DNA of 64,000 bases, taken from an uncultured Lachnospiraceae bacterium. Lineage in GTDB: Bacteria > Bacillota > Clostridia > Lachnospirales > Lachnospiraceae. The stretch spans positions 2,135 to 66,134 of the forward strand of contig ONBW01000008.1 in assembly GCA_900316165.1 (NCBI GenBank), in the 5' to 3' direction. Within the stretch, counting starts at the first letter, position 1. The number at the start of each line of letters is the position of its first letter. The translations under genes and the position numbers were made by a program. The notes beneath the pieces are model-generated. The model searched no databases. It had not been told where the DNA came from and was given only the letters and a program-made list of their open reading frames with translations. Positions 1 to 9,295 of the stretch are shown piece after piece.

Positions 1-1
1 C

Positions 2-2824
2 ACTTTATCTCAGTACAATGCTTCAGGTGACTATACAGACATTACATCTACTCCATCAGAAAATTATACTAAGGCGTATATAAGCAATATGCCGGATCAG
101 GTAACTCTATCAGATAAAAACGCATTGTCGGAGACAAAGGCTCTCTATTCCTATCTCAAGGGGCTTTCATCCTCAGATCAGGTACTTTTCGGCCATCAGA
201 ACGACACCCATAAGACTGTTAGAAGCGGAGTGGAGTCTGATACCAAGGATATTACCGGAAGCATCAGCGGAATAGTGGGTATAGATTCTCTTTCACTTAC
301 TGGAACAGAGATTGGTGAGACAGATGTCAATAAGGCTATAACAAAATCAGCTGAAATCAGCAAAGCCGCAGCAAAAGATGGTGCTATCATAACGCTTTCA
401 GCTCATATGCCAAATATGAGCAATTCAAAAATAAAAGCTACACCAGATGCGGCAAGACCTTATGATTTCTCAAAGTGTGATTTCAGTGAGTCAAAGGATC
501 TCTCGAACAACTGCTCAGAGGAAGTGCTGCCAGGTGGCAAGTATAACGAAAGATACACAGCTTACTTAGACATCATAGCTGATTACGCAAAGCAGCTCGG
601 CGATATTCCGGTGCTGTTCAGACCTCTTCACGAGTGTGACGGCGGCTGGTTCTGGTGGGGCTCAGCTACAACAGATAAGGAGACCTACAAAGCGCTCTAC
701 AGATATACAGAGGATTATCTGACTTCTAAGGGCGTACATAACTTTATCTATGTATATTCACCGGGCGGACCTGTAGAGGAGGAAAAGTATCTGTCGAGAT
801 ATCCTGGAGATGACTATGTCGACGTGCTTGGATTCGATTATTACAACGATTACAGCACCTATCCGGCAGAGTATTCAGATGATTTCTTTACAAATCTTGC
901 AAAGTCTTGTGAGGTTCTTGGAAAAATAGCCGATGCGAAGGGCAAGGTTTCTGCCATTTCAGAGACGGGAGTAAGAGTTGAAAAGGCCGATGGTTCTGAT
1001 AACGAGGGACTTCTTGTAAAGGGAAATCCAATCAAGGGACATGATTGGTATAAAAAAGTAAACGACATAGCAAAAAAGAACGGCCAGTCCTATTTCCTGC
1101 TCTGGGCAAACTTCTCTGATTCGAACTTCTATGTACCTTACAAGTGCAGTGATAAGAAGGGGCAGGAGCTGATAAACGAGTTCATTGATTTTTACAATGA
1201 CAGCTCATCAGTGTTTGCAAACGGCACTAATTTTTACAATAGTGCAGAGAATGAAACAGTAGAAAATGATAACGCAGGAGCTGCAAAAGGGTATTTTACG
1301 AATATTTTTTCAAAGGGTACGATTACTGCTCCATGCACTATTAAGGCGAATGTTTCATATGCTTCTAAGGTGCAGTTCGTTCTTAAGAACGGCAGTACAG
1401 AGCAGACCGTGGCTGCAGTAAAGGTGGAATCCTCAGATGAATACAGCGGTCAGGTAACTGCTGAGATGTTAAATGATCTTGGAAAGACTGATACAGGTAC
1501 AATCGCGCTTGTGGCAGACGGCAAGACTCTTTCAACTCTTAGTTTTATAAGCTTTGGACAGGAAAAGTCAAAGCATCCAAAGAATACTATTGATGATTTT
1601 GAGCTGTACTATGGTGATGCTGACTATCTGAATGGTACGTATTCTGAGAACTCAGCAGCAGGCTGCACATCATCGTTCTCGCTTAACAGTGAAACGAAGG
1701 CAGCAGGAGAATATTCAGGCTCATTTAACTATACACTGAAGAATTCCAACTCTGAGGTTTGGACTGGAAGAAAGATGTCTCTTCCTTACAGCGACTACAG
1801 TGAGTACAATGCGCTTTCGATGTGGATAAAACCTGATGGCAAGGGACAAAAGCTTGTTATTCAGATCACTTCGAATGGTGAGGATTTTGAGGCTTATCTG
1901 AACGACTTTGTAAAGACAACTGACGCTAAGTACGTAACTATTCCTTTCAGCAAAATGAAGGGAAAGAACGGTGGTAAGGTTGATCCTTCGAAAATCACGA
2001 ACTTCGCAATCTGGTGCAACAGTGTAGCTAATAATACCGATCTGACTTCATCGATACTTTTTGATCAGATAAAGTTTGGCAAGATAGACGAATCATCTGT
2101 TAAGGCTAGTGAGGGAGGATATGTGGTTTCTGATTCAGAGCTGATCAAATCTGATCAGAGCTCATCAGGATCAGGTTCATCAGGTAACTCAGGATCAGGT
2201 TCGTCAAGCAACTCAGGTTCTGGCTCAACAGATAACACAGGCTCTGGAACAACAGGCCAGGATCCTGCAAACAATGGTTCTTCAGGCACTGGAGATAATG
2301 GAAATGGCAGCACATCTGAAAAACCAGATAATGATACTACTGAGAAAAACGACACTATACTGAGCGGAAAGGCTTCTGACGGTACAAAGGTTACAGTAGT
2401 AGTTTCTGATGATGGAAAAATAACTGTAACAGGTGCAAAGCCTAAGCAGTTGATTACAGCTAAGGACAGTAATGGCAAGGTAATTAAGCTGCTTACAAAT
2501 GCTTCTGGAAAGGTTGCAAAAAAAGAGATCGTCAAGGTTGGCAAAGTAAAATACTTGGCTGCCGCTGACGGACAGCTCGCATCCAAGGAGACTGTCAAGG
2601 TCGGTAAGAGCTATTACTATGCTGACAAGAACGGAAAGCTTGTTACAAAGGACAAAAAGATCGTAAAAGCTTCAAATGGCAGCAGATACATCACGAAAAA
2701 GAGCGGCAAGCTCTACACCAGCCAGTGGGTTAAGATCGGAAAGAAGAAATACAAGGTCAGCAAGACTGGTAAGATAACACAGGTGAAGACTATCAAGTCA
2801 AAAAGTAAAAAATCAAAAAAATGA
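2..2824 (+). CDS. Glycoside hydrolase family 26 endo-beta-1,4-mannanase, modular and 5'-truncated by the window edge, with a Ser/Gly linker and Lys-rich C-terminal wall-binding-type repeats
   Basis: The reading frame is open from nt 2 with no stop before the ATG at 89. No signal peptide follows that ATG, so the true start lies left of the window. GH26 signatures are RPLHECDGGWFWWG (acid/base Glu) and AISETGV (nucleophile Glu). A beta-sandwich CBM-like segment follows. The SSGSGSSGNSGSGSSSNSGSG linker spans about nt 2155-2340. The C-terminus carries repeated VKVGK..Y..D.NGKL motifs. Confidence 0.8.
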   Translation, partial: TLSQYNASGDYTDITSTPSENYTKAYISNMPDQVTLSDKNALSETKALYSYLKGLSSSDQVLFGHQNDTHKTVRSGVESDTKDITGSISGIVGIDSLSLTGTEIGETDVNKAITKSAEISKAAAKDGAIITLSAHMPNMSNSKIKATPDAARPYDFSKCDFSESKDLSNNCSEEVLPGGKYNERYTAYLDIIADYAKQLGDIPVLFRPLHECDGGWFWWGSATTDKETYKALYRYTEDYLTSKGVHNFIYVYSPGGPVEEEKYLSRYPGDDYVDVLGFDYYNDYSTYPAEYSDDFFTNLAKSCEVLGKIADAKGKVSAISETGVRVEKADGSDNEGLLVKGNPIKGHDWYKKVNDIAKKNGQSYFLLWANFSDSNFYVPYKCSDKKGQELINEFIDFYNDSSSVFANGTNFYNSAENETVENDNAGAAKGYFTNIFSKGTITAPCTIKANVSYASKVQFVLKNGSTEQTVAAVKVESSDEYSGQVTAEMLNDLGKTDTGTIALVADGKTLSTLSFISFGQEKSKHPKNTIDDFELYYGDADYLNGTYSENSAAGCTSSFSLNSETKAAGEYSGSFNYTLKNSNSEVWTGRKMSLPYSDYSEYNALSMWIKPDGKGQKLVIQITSNGEDFEAYLNDFVKTTDAKYVTIPFSKMKGKNGGKVDPSKITNFAIWCNSVANNTDLTSSILFDQIKFGKIDESSVKASEGGYVVSDSELIKSDQSSSGSGSSGNSGSGSSSNSGSGSTDNTGSGTTGQDPANNGSSGTGDNGNGSTSEKPDNDTTEKNDTILSGKASDGTKVTVVVSDDGKITVTGAKPKQLITAKDSNGKVIKLLTNASGKVAKKEIVKVGKVKYLAAADGQLASKETVKVGKSYYYADKNGKLVTKDKKIVKASNGSRYITKKSGKLYTSQWVKIGKKKYKVSKTGKITQVKTIKSKSKKSKK

Positions 2825-2887
2825 TTTAGATTTAGCTGAAATATCATTCTTTTGTTACATATCTTAACCCATCTGTGAAAAATAAAA

Positions 2888-2920
2888 GGGCTGCTTCTAA
2901 AAAAGAGGCAGCTCTTTTTT
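2888..2920 (+). terminator. Rho-independent terminator after the GH26 gene
   Basis: GGGCTGCTTCT / AGAGGCAGCTC form an 11-bp stem (two G-U pairs) with an AAAAA loop, followed by T6. Confidence 0.65.
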
Positions 2921-2937
2921 GTGTGTGCAAACATCTG

Positions 2938-2967
2938 TTGACTTATTGTTAATAAACATGATAATAT
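2938..2967 (+). promoter_or_regulatory. Sigma-A-type promoter candidate for thiE
   Basis: TTGACT (2938-2943), a 17-nt spacer, then ATAATA/TAATAT. No TPP-riboswitch-like sequence lies between it and the start codon. Confidence 0.45.
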
Positions 2968-3009
2968 TAAAAGGCTGTGCTTTAATTGGCAAAAATTAAA
3001 GGAGATTAT

Positions 3010-3684
3010 ATGAATATCAAGGAAAGCCTGCTGCTTTATGCGGTGACTGACAGGAGATGGCTTAAGGAGGACAAAATCCTTTCCGACGTGATAAAACAGG
3101 CGGTTGAAGGCGGAGCTACTATGATTCAGCTTCGTGAAAAGGAGCTTGATAAAGAGCAGACTATTGAAGAGGCTCTTGATATAAAAAGTTATCTGAATGC
3201 GAAGAATATTCCACTTATAATAGATAACGATATTGAGATTACAAAGAAAGTCGGCGCTGACGGAGTCCACGTAGGACAGGATGACTGCCCAGTCAGCGAA
3301 GCCAGGAAGCTGCTTGGCAAGGACTTCATTATTGGTGCTACAGCTCATAATGTGACAGAAGCTGTGAAAGCAGAGAAGGATGGAGCTGACTATCTGGGTG
3401 TTGGTGCTGCCTTTGGCTCCTCGACTAAAGCTGACGCCAAGGCTATTGTCTCTCTTGATGAGTATAAAAAAATTACCGAGGCTGTCTCGATTCCGGTTGT
3501 TGCTATCGGTGGAATCGATGAGACGAACATCCTGCAGTTAAAGGGACTAGGCCTATCGGGATTTGCAGTGGTTTCATCTATTTTTGCAAGAGATGACGTA
3601 AAAGCAGCTGCTGAGCAGATGAAAAAGCTTGCTCTACATGCAAGGGGTACCATCTGCTGCCCACCAATTACGGACTTGAAGTGA
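3010..3684 (+). CDS. thiE: Thiamine-phosphate synthase
   Basis: LYAVTDR.., MIQLREK, GADGVHVGQDD, AIGGI motifs. GGAG lies 6 nt upstream of the ATG at 3010. The tracker start at 2986 is a TTG without an RBS. Confidence 0.85.
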   Translation: MNIKESLLLYAVTDRRWLKEDKILSDVIKQAVEGGATMIQLREKELDKEQTIEEALDIKSYLNAKNIPLIIDNDIEITKKVGADGVHVGQDDCPVSEARKLLGKDFIIGATAHNVTEAVKAEKDGADYLGVGAAFGSSTKADAKAIVSLDEYKKITEAVSIPVVAIGGIDETNILQLKGLGLSGFAVVSSIFARDDVKAAAEQMKKLALHARGTICCPPITDLK

Positions 3685-3736
3685 AAAAGGAACCTGAGTC
3701 CGTAAAAAAGAAAAGAATTAAGGAAAGAAAAGATAT

Positions 3737-5032
3737 ATGAAACAAAAAATAGCTAAGTACGTGTCACAGAATGTGATCGGCATGGTTGGGCTGTCGGTCT
3801 ACATTCTTGCGGATACGTTCTTTATATCGTGGGGCTTTGGAGCGGATGGCCTCGCGGTACTGAATATGACTCTGCCGCTCTATGGCTTGATGTTTGCGCT
3901 GGGTTCGATGATAGGAATTGGCTCATCGGTAGTCTACAGTATAAGAAAAGCCAGCGGAGGCGACGTAAGCACTGTCTTCATGCAGTCGATAGGCTGGACG
4001 ATACTAATAAGCATCCCGTTCATGCTGATGGGAATTTTCATACCAAAGCAGGTGCTTGCAGTCATGGGTGCAGACGCTGCGCTTCAGGAGATGGGGCAGG
4101 GCTATGCCAGACTCTGCCTGATGTTTGCACCGTTTTTTATGTGTAACTATACATTTACAGCCTTCTGCCGTAACGATAAGGCACCGGGGACGGCAATGGT
4201 GGCGCAGCTCTCAGGCAGTGCGTTTAATATCGTATTCGACTACGTGTTCATGTTCGTCTGTGGGTTTGGATTTACTGGTGCGGCTATGGCTACCATCTGC
4301 TGCCCGGGACTTTCGATGGTCATCTGCCTTACGCATTTTCTGGGAAAAAAGAACACGGTACCGTTCAAGAGAACACGGCTCTCGTTTACTTTTTTAAGAA
4401 AAGCAGTGCCACTTGGAATGAGTGGTTTCGTCGGGGAGATTTCAAATGGATTTACCTCGTTTGTGTTCAACTATCTCTGCCTTGGACTCGGCGGAAATGT
4501 AGCAGTGGCAGCATACAGCGTTATCGCAAATATCTCACTGGTTGTCATCTCTATCTTTAATGGAATCTCGCAGGGACTTCAGCCGCTTATCAGCACCTCA
4601 TACGGAAAAGGCAGAAAGGATGATGTGAGGCTGGTAGTAAGGTCTGGTCTTGTAATCACGGCGGTTGCTGAGACGATTTTTGTGGTCTGTGCTTTTCTTT
4701 TTACCGACCAAATGATAGGAATTTTTAACAGCCAGCACAATCCCAAGCTGCTTGCTATCGCACACAGTGGATTGCAGCTTTACTTCTTAGGATTTATTTT
4801 TGCAGGAATAAATATTTTCCTCCTGGCTTACTATTCAGCTACCGCTAATGCAAGAATAGTAGTTACTGGCTCGCTCTTAAGAGGCATGATACTCATAGCT
4901 TTATATGGATTCATCCTTTCGAGGCTTTTCGGACTGAACGGCCTGTTTTTATCGCTGCTTTGCTCAGAGCTTACGACCTTTGCAGTTATTATTTTTATGA
5001 ACAGAATGTCAAGGTCGAAAAGCGGGAATTAA
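3737..5032 (+). CDS. MATE family efflux transporter
   Basis: 431 aa and about 12 predicted TM helices. The N-terminus is typical of MATE proteins (VIGMVGLSVYILADTFFIS), and the internal duplication pattern fits. Confidence 0.8.
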   Translation: MKQKIAKYVSQNVIGMVGLSVYILADTFFISWGFGADGLAVLNMTLPLYGLMFALGSMIGIGSSVVYSIRKASGGDVSTVFMQSIGWTILISIPFMLMGIFIPKQVLAVMGADAALQEMGQGYARLCLMFAPFFMCNYTFTAFCRNDKAPGTAMVAQLSGSAFNIVFDYVFMFVCGFGFTGAAMATICCPGLSMVICLTHFLGKKNTVPFKRTRLSFTFLRKAVPLGMSGFVGEISNGFTSFVFNYLCLGLGGNVAVAAYSVIANISLVVISIFNGISQGLQPLISTSYGKGRKDDVRLVVRSGLVITAVAETIFVVCAFLFTDQMIGIFNSQHNPKLLAIAHSGLQLYFLGFIFAGINIFLLAYYSATANARIVVTGSLLRGMILIALYGFILSRLFGLNGLFLSLLCSELTTFAVIIFMNRMSRSKSGN

Positions 5033-5143
5033 AGTCCCTACAGCTTATGATGATAGAAATATCATGATTTGTTGCTCAATAGGATGACTTTTGACAATGA
5101 TATCAAATACATAGTTTTTTGGCTGAAACATCAAAATGTCGAT

Positions 5144-5172
5144 TTGCCTTTAAGGCCTCTTAGTAGTAAAAT
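5144..5172 (+). promoter_or_regulatory. Sigma-A-type promoter candidate for the CDF transporter gene
   Basis: TTGCCT, a 17-nt spacer, TAAAAT, located 45 nt upstream of the ATG. Confidence 0.35.
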
Positions 5173-5216
5173 ATACGTTATTGTTTTAACAGATAGCCTC
5201 AGAAGGAGGAATACAG

Positions 5217-6404
5217 ATGGCAGTTACTGATAATTCTGCTTTAGATAAAGAAAATAAGCCTACAGTGGTAAGTGGCGAGGCGCTTGACGCTGCGGATGAC
5301 AGAAACAGGCAGATAGTAAAGACTAGTATTATAGGAATTCTCGCAAATGTCTTTCTGGCAGCGTTTAAGGCTGTTGTAGGTACGCTTTCAGGTTCTATCG
5401 CAATCGTACTCGATGCGGTAAATAACCTCTCAGATGCGGCAAGCTCTGTAATAACTATTGTCGGAACGAAGCTTGCAGCTAAGCAGCTTGACAGGAAGCA
5501 CCCATATGGCTATGGCAGGATAGAGTATTTGAGCGCGATGATCATTTCAGTTATCGTTCTCTTTGCCGGCGCGTCCTCATTAAAGGAATCTGTCGCAAAG
5601 ATCATAAAGCCGCAGAAGCCTGATTATACTGTTGTTGCGCTTGTTATCGTGGCAGCTGCCGTCCTGGTTAAAATTGTCCTCGGTCGCTTTGTAGAGAGCA
5701 GAGGAAAGAAGCTCAATTCCGATTCACTGGTCAACTCCGGTAAAGACGCGATGCTCGACTCAGTAATCTCAGCATCAACCCTAATAGCAGCGGTAATTTT
5801 TATTTTTTCAGGAATATCACTTGAGTCGTGGCTTGCAGCAATTATTTCGGTTGTCATCATCAAGTCAGGTATCGATATGCTGCGTGAGGCGATTTCAGAG
5901 ATTCTCGGAGAGAGAGCCGACATCTCACTTTCCCAGCATATAAAGGCTGTAGCAAGGGAATTCCCACAGGTCGAAGGTGTTTACGACCTTATCCTTCACA
6001 ACTATGGCCCGGATTCATTTATCGCTTCATTTCATGTAGAGGTTCCGGATACACTTTCAGCAGCAGATATAGACAAGCTGACGAGGCAGATTACCTACGC
6101 AGTATACTGCAAATGCCATGTGCTGACTGCTGCGATAAGTGTCTACTCTATTAATACGCAGGATGATGAAGTTATTGAGATCCGTGAGAACATCAAAAAA
6201 ATAGTTATGGAGGATAAAAATATTCTTCAGATGCACGGATTCTATTTAGACGAAGAGAATAAAAAGATGCGTTTCGACCTTGTCGTAAGCTTCAATTCTT
6301 CGGACAGACATCAGACCTTTATGGATGCGCTTAAAAAGGTTCAGGAAGTCTATCCGGATTACGAGATCCGTCCGAATATGGATGCAGACTATTCAGAGAC
6401 TTAA
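5217..6404 (+). CDS. Cation diffusion facilitator (CDF) family metal efflux transporter
   Basis: Six TM helices followed by a cytoplasmic C-terminal domain. CDF-like motifs LANVFLAAFKAVVG, DAVNNLSDA and HPYGYGRIEYL are present. There is a strong RBS (GAAGGAGG). Confidence 0.8.
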   Translation: MAVTDNSALDKENKPTVVSGEALDAADDRNRQIVKTSIIGILANVFLAAFKAVVGTLSGSIAIVLDAVNNLSDAASSVITIVGTKLAAKQLDRKHPYGYGRIEYLSAMIISVIVLFAGASSLKESVAKIIKPQKPDYTVVALVIVAAAVLVKIVLGRFVESRGKKLNSDSLVNSGKDAMLDSVISASTLIAAVIFIFSGISLESWLAAIISVVIIKSGIDMLREAISEILGERADISLSQHIKAVAREFPQVEGVYDLILHNYGPDSFIASFHVEVPDTLSAADIDKLTRQITYAVYCKCHVLTAAISVYSINTQDDEVIEIRENIKKIVMEDKNILQMHGFYLDEENKKMRFDLVVSFNSSDRHQTFMDALKKVQEVYPDYEIRPNMDADYSET

Positions 6405-6431
6405 AGCTGTGCTATAATCGTAAGGTTTCAA

Positions 6432-7592
6432 ATGGTAAAATATGGTGAAATCGGCCTCAAAGGCAAGAACAGGTTCTACTTCGAAGAGACCTTAGTCAAA
6501 CGTATAGAAGAGGCTCTGGCCAAAATAGACGGAAGCTTTACTGTTACCCGTCCACAGGGAAGAATCTTTGTAGAGGGCAGCGGCTTTGATGAGGACGAGG
6601 TGATTGACGCCCTATCAAAGGTCTTTGGAATCATCTGGATCTGCCCATGCGTAATGACCGATGATACCGGATTTGATGACTTATCAAAGCAGATAATAGA
6701 TTATCTGAAGGAAGAGCTTGGCGACAAGCCGTTTACTTTTAAGGTTGAGGCCAGAAGAGCCAGGAAAAATTATCCGATGAACTCGATGGAGATAAACAGG
6801 GAGCTCGGCGAGAGGATTCTCGACGCTTTCCCAGCTTCTAAGGTCGATGTCCATCATCCTGAGCACTTAGTAGAAGTCGAGATCAGGGAGCGGATTAATT
6901 TTCATATATTCTATCATAAGGGCGTAGGCGGTATGCCGGTTGGAACCGCTGGAAAAGCTATGCTTCTCTTATCAGGCGGAATCGATTCGCCGGTAGCCGG
7001 ATATATGATCGCAAGGCGCGGTGTGACAATTGACGCGACCTATTTCCATGCGCCTCCGTACACCTCAGAGAGAGCGAAGCAGAAGGTCGTGGACTTGGCA
7101 AAGATTATCTCCAAGTACACAGGTCCTATCCGTCTGCACGTCGTAAACTTTACAGATATTCAGATGGCTATCTATGAGAAATGTCCGCACGATGAGCTTA
7201 CTATCATAATGCGCCGCTACATGATGATCATCGCGGAGCACTTCGCAAACGAGGATGGCGATATGGCGCTTATCACAGGCGAGAGCCTGGGACAGGTGGC
7301 CTCACAGACCATGCAGTCACTCTATGTAACTGACCATGCGGCGACTCTTCCGGTATTCAGACCGCTTATCGGCTTTGACAAGCAGGACATCATAGAAATC
7401 TCTGAAAAAATAGGTACTTACGAGACTTCAATCCTTCCGTATGAGGACTGCTGCACGATTTTTGTAGCAAAGCACCCTGTCACAAAGCCTAGACTTGATG
7501 TAATAGAGAGGTCTGAAAAGAAGCTTGCTGACGTGATAGACGATATGCTTCAGACTGCTTACGATACTACAGAAACGATTCTGGTGAAATAA
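6432..7592 (+). CDS. thiI: tRNA 4-thiouridine(8) synthase ThiI
   Basis: YGEIGLKGKNR N-terminus, a THUMP-like region, and the PP-loop SGGIDSPVAGY. It sits next to a cysteine desulfurase, as in the Bacillus nifZ-thiI pair. Confidence 0.9.
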   Translation: MVKYGEIGLKGKNRFYFEETLVKRIEEALAKIDGSFTVTRPQGRIFVEGSGFDEDEVIDALSKVFGIIWICPCVMTDDTGFDDLSKQIIDYLKEELGDKPFTFKVEARRARKNYPMNSMEINRELGERILDAFPASKVDVHHPEHLVEVEIRERINFHIFYHKGVGGMPVGTAGKAMLLLSGGIDSPVAGYMIARRGVTIDATYFHAPPYTSERAKQKVVDLAKIISKYTGPIRLHVVNFTDIQMAIYEKCPHDELTIIMRRYMMIIAEHFANEDGDMALITGESLGQVASQTMQSLYVTDHAATLPVFRPLIGFDKQDIIEISEKIGTYETSILPYEDCCTIFVAKHPVTKPRLDVIERSEKKLADVIDDMLQTAYDTTETILVK

Positions 7593-7593
7593 A

Positions 7594-8748
7594 ATGGAAT
7601 GTTATTTTGACAATTCAGCAACCACGAGATGCTCGGATAAGGCTGCTGAAAAAATGATGCAGGTTCTCTGCACCGATTACGGCAATCCTTCATCTCTTCA
7701 CGGCAAGGGAATGACAGCTGAAAACTACATAAAGGAGAGCCGTGAGATAATCGCGAAGAGCCTCAAGTGCGAGCCGAAGGAGATTATTTTCACCTCGGGC
7801 GGCTCTGAGGGAAATAATCTCGCTATATTCGGCTCAGTGCGGGCAAACAGGCGCGTCGGAAAGCATATCATAACTACTGCAGTAGAGCACGCGGCTGTCT
7901 ATATGCCTTTTAAGGAGCTTGAGAGGCAGGGATACGATGTGACCTTTCTTCCGACAGATGAAAAGGGAGTTATCAGCCTAAGTGACTTGGAAAATGCTCT
8001 TACAGACGATACAGTTCTTGTCGCTATGATGCATGTAAATAACGAGATCGGTTCAGTCATGCCTGTAGCGGAGGCTGGAAAGCTGATACACGAGAAGTGC
8101 CCGGAGGCTGTATTTTTCGTAGATGCTATACAGTCATATGGAAAGGTGCCTCTTATCCCTAAGAAAATGGGTATAGACCTGCTATCAGTCAGCGGCCATA
8201 AAATCCATGGACCGAAGGGCTCAGGATTTTTATATAAGAGGGATAAGGTAAAGCTGGACCCTATAATCTTTGGCGGAGGTCAGGAGAACGGATACCGCAG
8301 CGGAACTGAGAACGTTCCAGCTATAGCAGGTCTTGGTGTGGCTATACAGGAGATGTTTAGTGATTTCGAAGGACACAGAGCACATCTTTTTGAGCTTAAA
8401 AGACACCTGGCAGAGAAGCTTTCAGATATCGGTGCTGTAAGCATTAACTCAGGACTTGATGAGAACTCAGCACCTCAGATTCTCTCAGTCAGTGTCGATG
8501 GAGTAAGGGCAGAGGTCCTCCTTCACGCTCTTGAGGATAAGGGTATCTATGTATCGGCCGGAAGTGCCTGTTCGTCAAACAGGCCTGCTATATCAAGGAC
8601 TCTTAAGTCGATTGGACTTAAGGATTCTCTTCTTGAATCAACAGTCAGATTTTCATTTTCTATATATAATACAATCGAGCAGGTCGACTATGCGTCAGAT
8701 GTGATGCATCAGCTGATACCTGTTCTGCTTAAGTACAGGAGATTTTAG
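7594..8748 (+). CDS. Cysteine desulfurase (NifS/NifZ/IscS family, class V aminotransferase)
   Basis: PLP-Lys motif SGHKIHGPKGSGFLY and active-site Cys loop SAGSACSS. The start lies 1 nt after the thiI stop. Confidence 0.85.
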   Translation: MECYFDNSATTRCSDKAAEKMMQVLCTDYGNPSSLHGKGMTAENYIKESREIIAKSLKCEPKEIIFTSGGSEGNNLAIFGSVRANRRVGKHIITTAVEHAAVYMPFKELERQGYDVTFLPTDEKGVISLSDLENALTDDTVLVAMMHVNNEIGSVMPVAEAGKLIHEKCPEAVFFVDAIQSYGKVPLIPKKMGIDLLSVSGHKIHGPKGSGFLYKRDKVKLDPIIFGGGQENGYRSGTENVPAIAGLGVAIQEMFSDFEGHRAHLFELKRHLAEKLSDIGAVSINSGLDENSAPQILSVSVDGVRAEVLLHALEDKGIYVSAGSACSSNRPAISRTLKSIGLKDSLLESTVRFSFSIYNTIEQVDYASDVMHQLIPVLLKYRRF

Positions 8749-8749
8749 A

Positions 8750-9295
8750 ATGGCACATGTAGAGCGTATCAACAGGGAAAAAATCTATTCTGGCACAGTC
8801 GTTGATTTTTACAAGGATACAATGAAGCTTCCTGACGGCAGCACAGAATACTATGATTTCATTCACCACAGAATGGGAGCTGCGGCTGTTGTCGCTGTGA
8901 CTACTGAGGGAAAGTTTATCATGGTCCGCCAGTACAGGCCGGCGCTTGACAGATACACTCTTGAGATTCCTGCGGGAAAGAGAGATTCTCTAACAGAGGA
9001 TACGATAGTAACCGCGAAAAGAGAGTTAAGTGAGGAGACTGGTTGTGAGTCAAATGACTGGAAGAAGCTTCTTTCTATCCGCACAACTGTGGCTTTCTGT
9101 GATGAGCATATAGATGTCTATCTCGCAGAAAACTGCAAAAAGACCTCAGGACAGCACTTAGACCCTGATGAGGATATTGAAATCTTAGAGTATGACGAGG
9201 ATTTCTTAAAGGAAAAAATATACGCCGGTGAGATAGAGGATGCAAAGACTGTAGCTGGTATCATGGCCTATCTCGCTCAGAAGGGAAACAACTGA
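8750..9295 (+). CDS. NUDIX hydrolase (ADP-ribose pyrophosphatase-like)
   Basis: Nudix box GKRDSLTEDTIVTAKRELSEETG. Size is 181 aa. Confidence 0.75.
   Translation: MAHVERINREKIYSGTVVDFYKDTMKLPDGSTEYYDFIHHRMGAAAVVAVTTEGKFIMVRQYRPALDRYTLEIPAGKRDSLTEDTIVTAKRELSEETGCESNDWKKLLSIRTTVAFCDEHIDVYLAENCKKTSGQHLDPDEDIEILEYDEDFLKEKIYAGEIEDAKTVAGIMAYLAQKGNN

Noticed and set aside
2155-2340. Repetitive TCAGG(T/A)TC(A/G)-type DNA that could be taken for a tandem repeat or VNTR.
   Set aside because: It is the in-frame coding sequence of the Ser/Gly/Asn linker of the mannanase. The repeats are imperfect and have no spacer-repeat periodicity.
2825-3009. An expected TPP riboswitch upstream of thiE.
   Set aside because: I looked for the conserved CTGAGA and ACCTGATCTGGATAATGCCAGCG-like elements and found none. 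The region contains only a terminator and a promoter-like sequence.
2713-3348. A 211-aa minus-strand ORF spanning the GH26 3' end, the intergenic terminator and promoter, and the thiE 5' end.
   Set aside because: It runs antisense to two well-supported genes and straight through a terminator hairpin. The product is low-complexity and Leu/Phe/Ile-rich with no motif or RBS, so it is a shadow ORF.
6405-6431. A TGTGCTATAAT extended -10-like sequence only about 15 nt upstream of the thiI ATG, which could indicate a leaderless or very short-leader transcript. In addition, thiI lies in the same frame as the CDF gene, directly after its stop.
   Set aside because: No convincing -35 element is present. 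AAGG lies 7 nt upstream of the ATG, which is compatible with ordinary co-transcription and reinitiation. The evidence is too weak to call.
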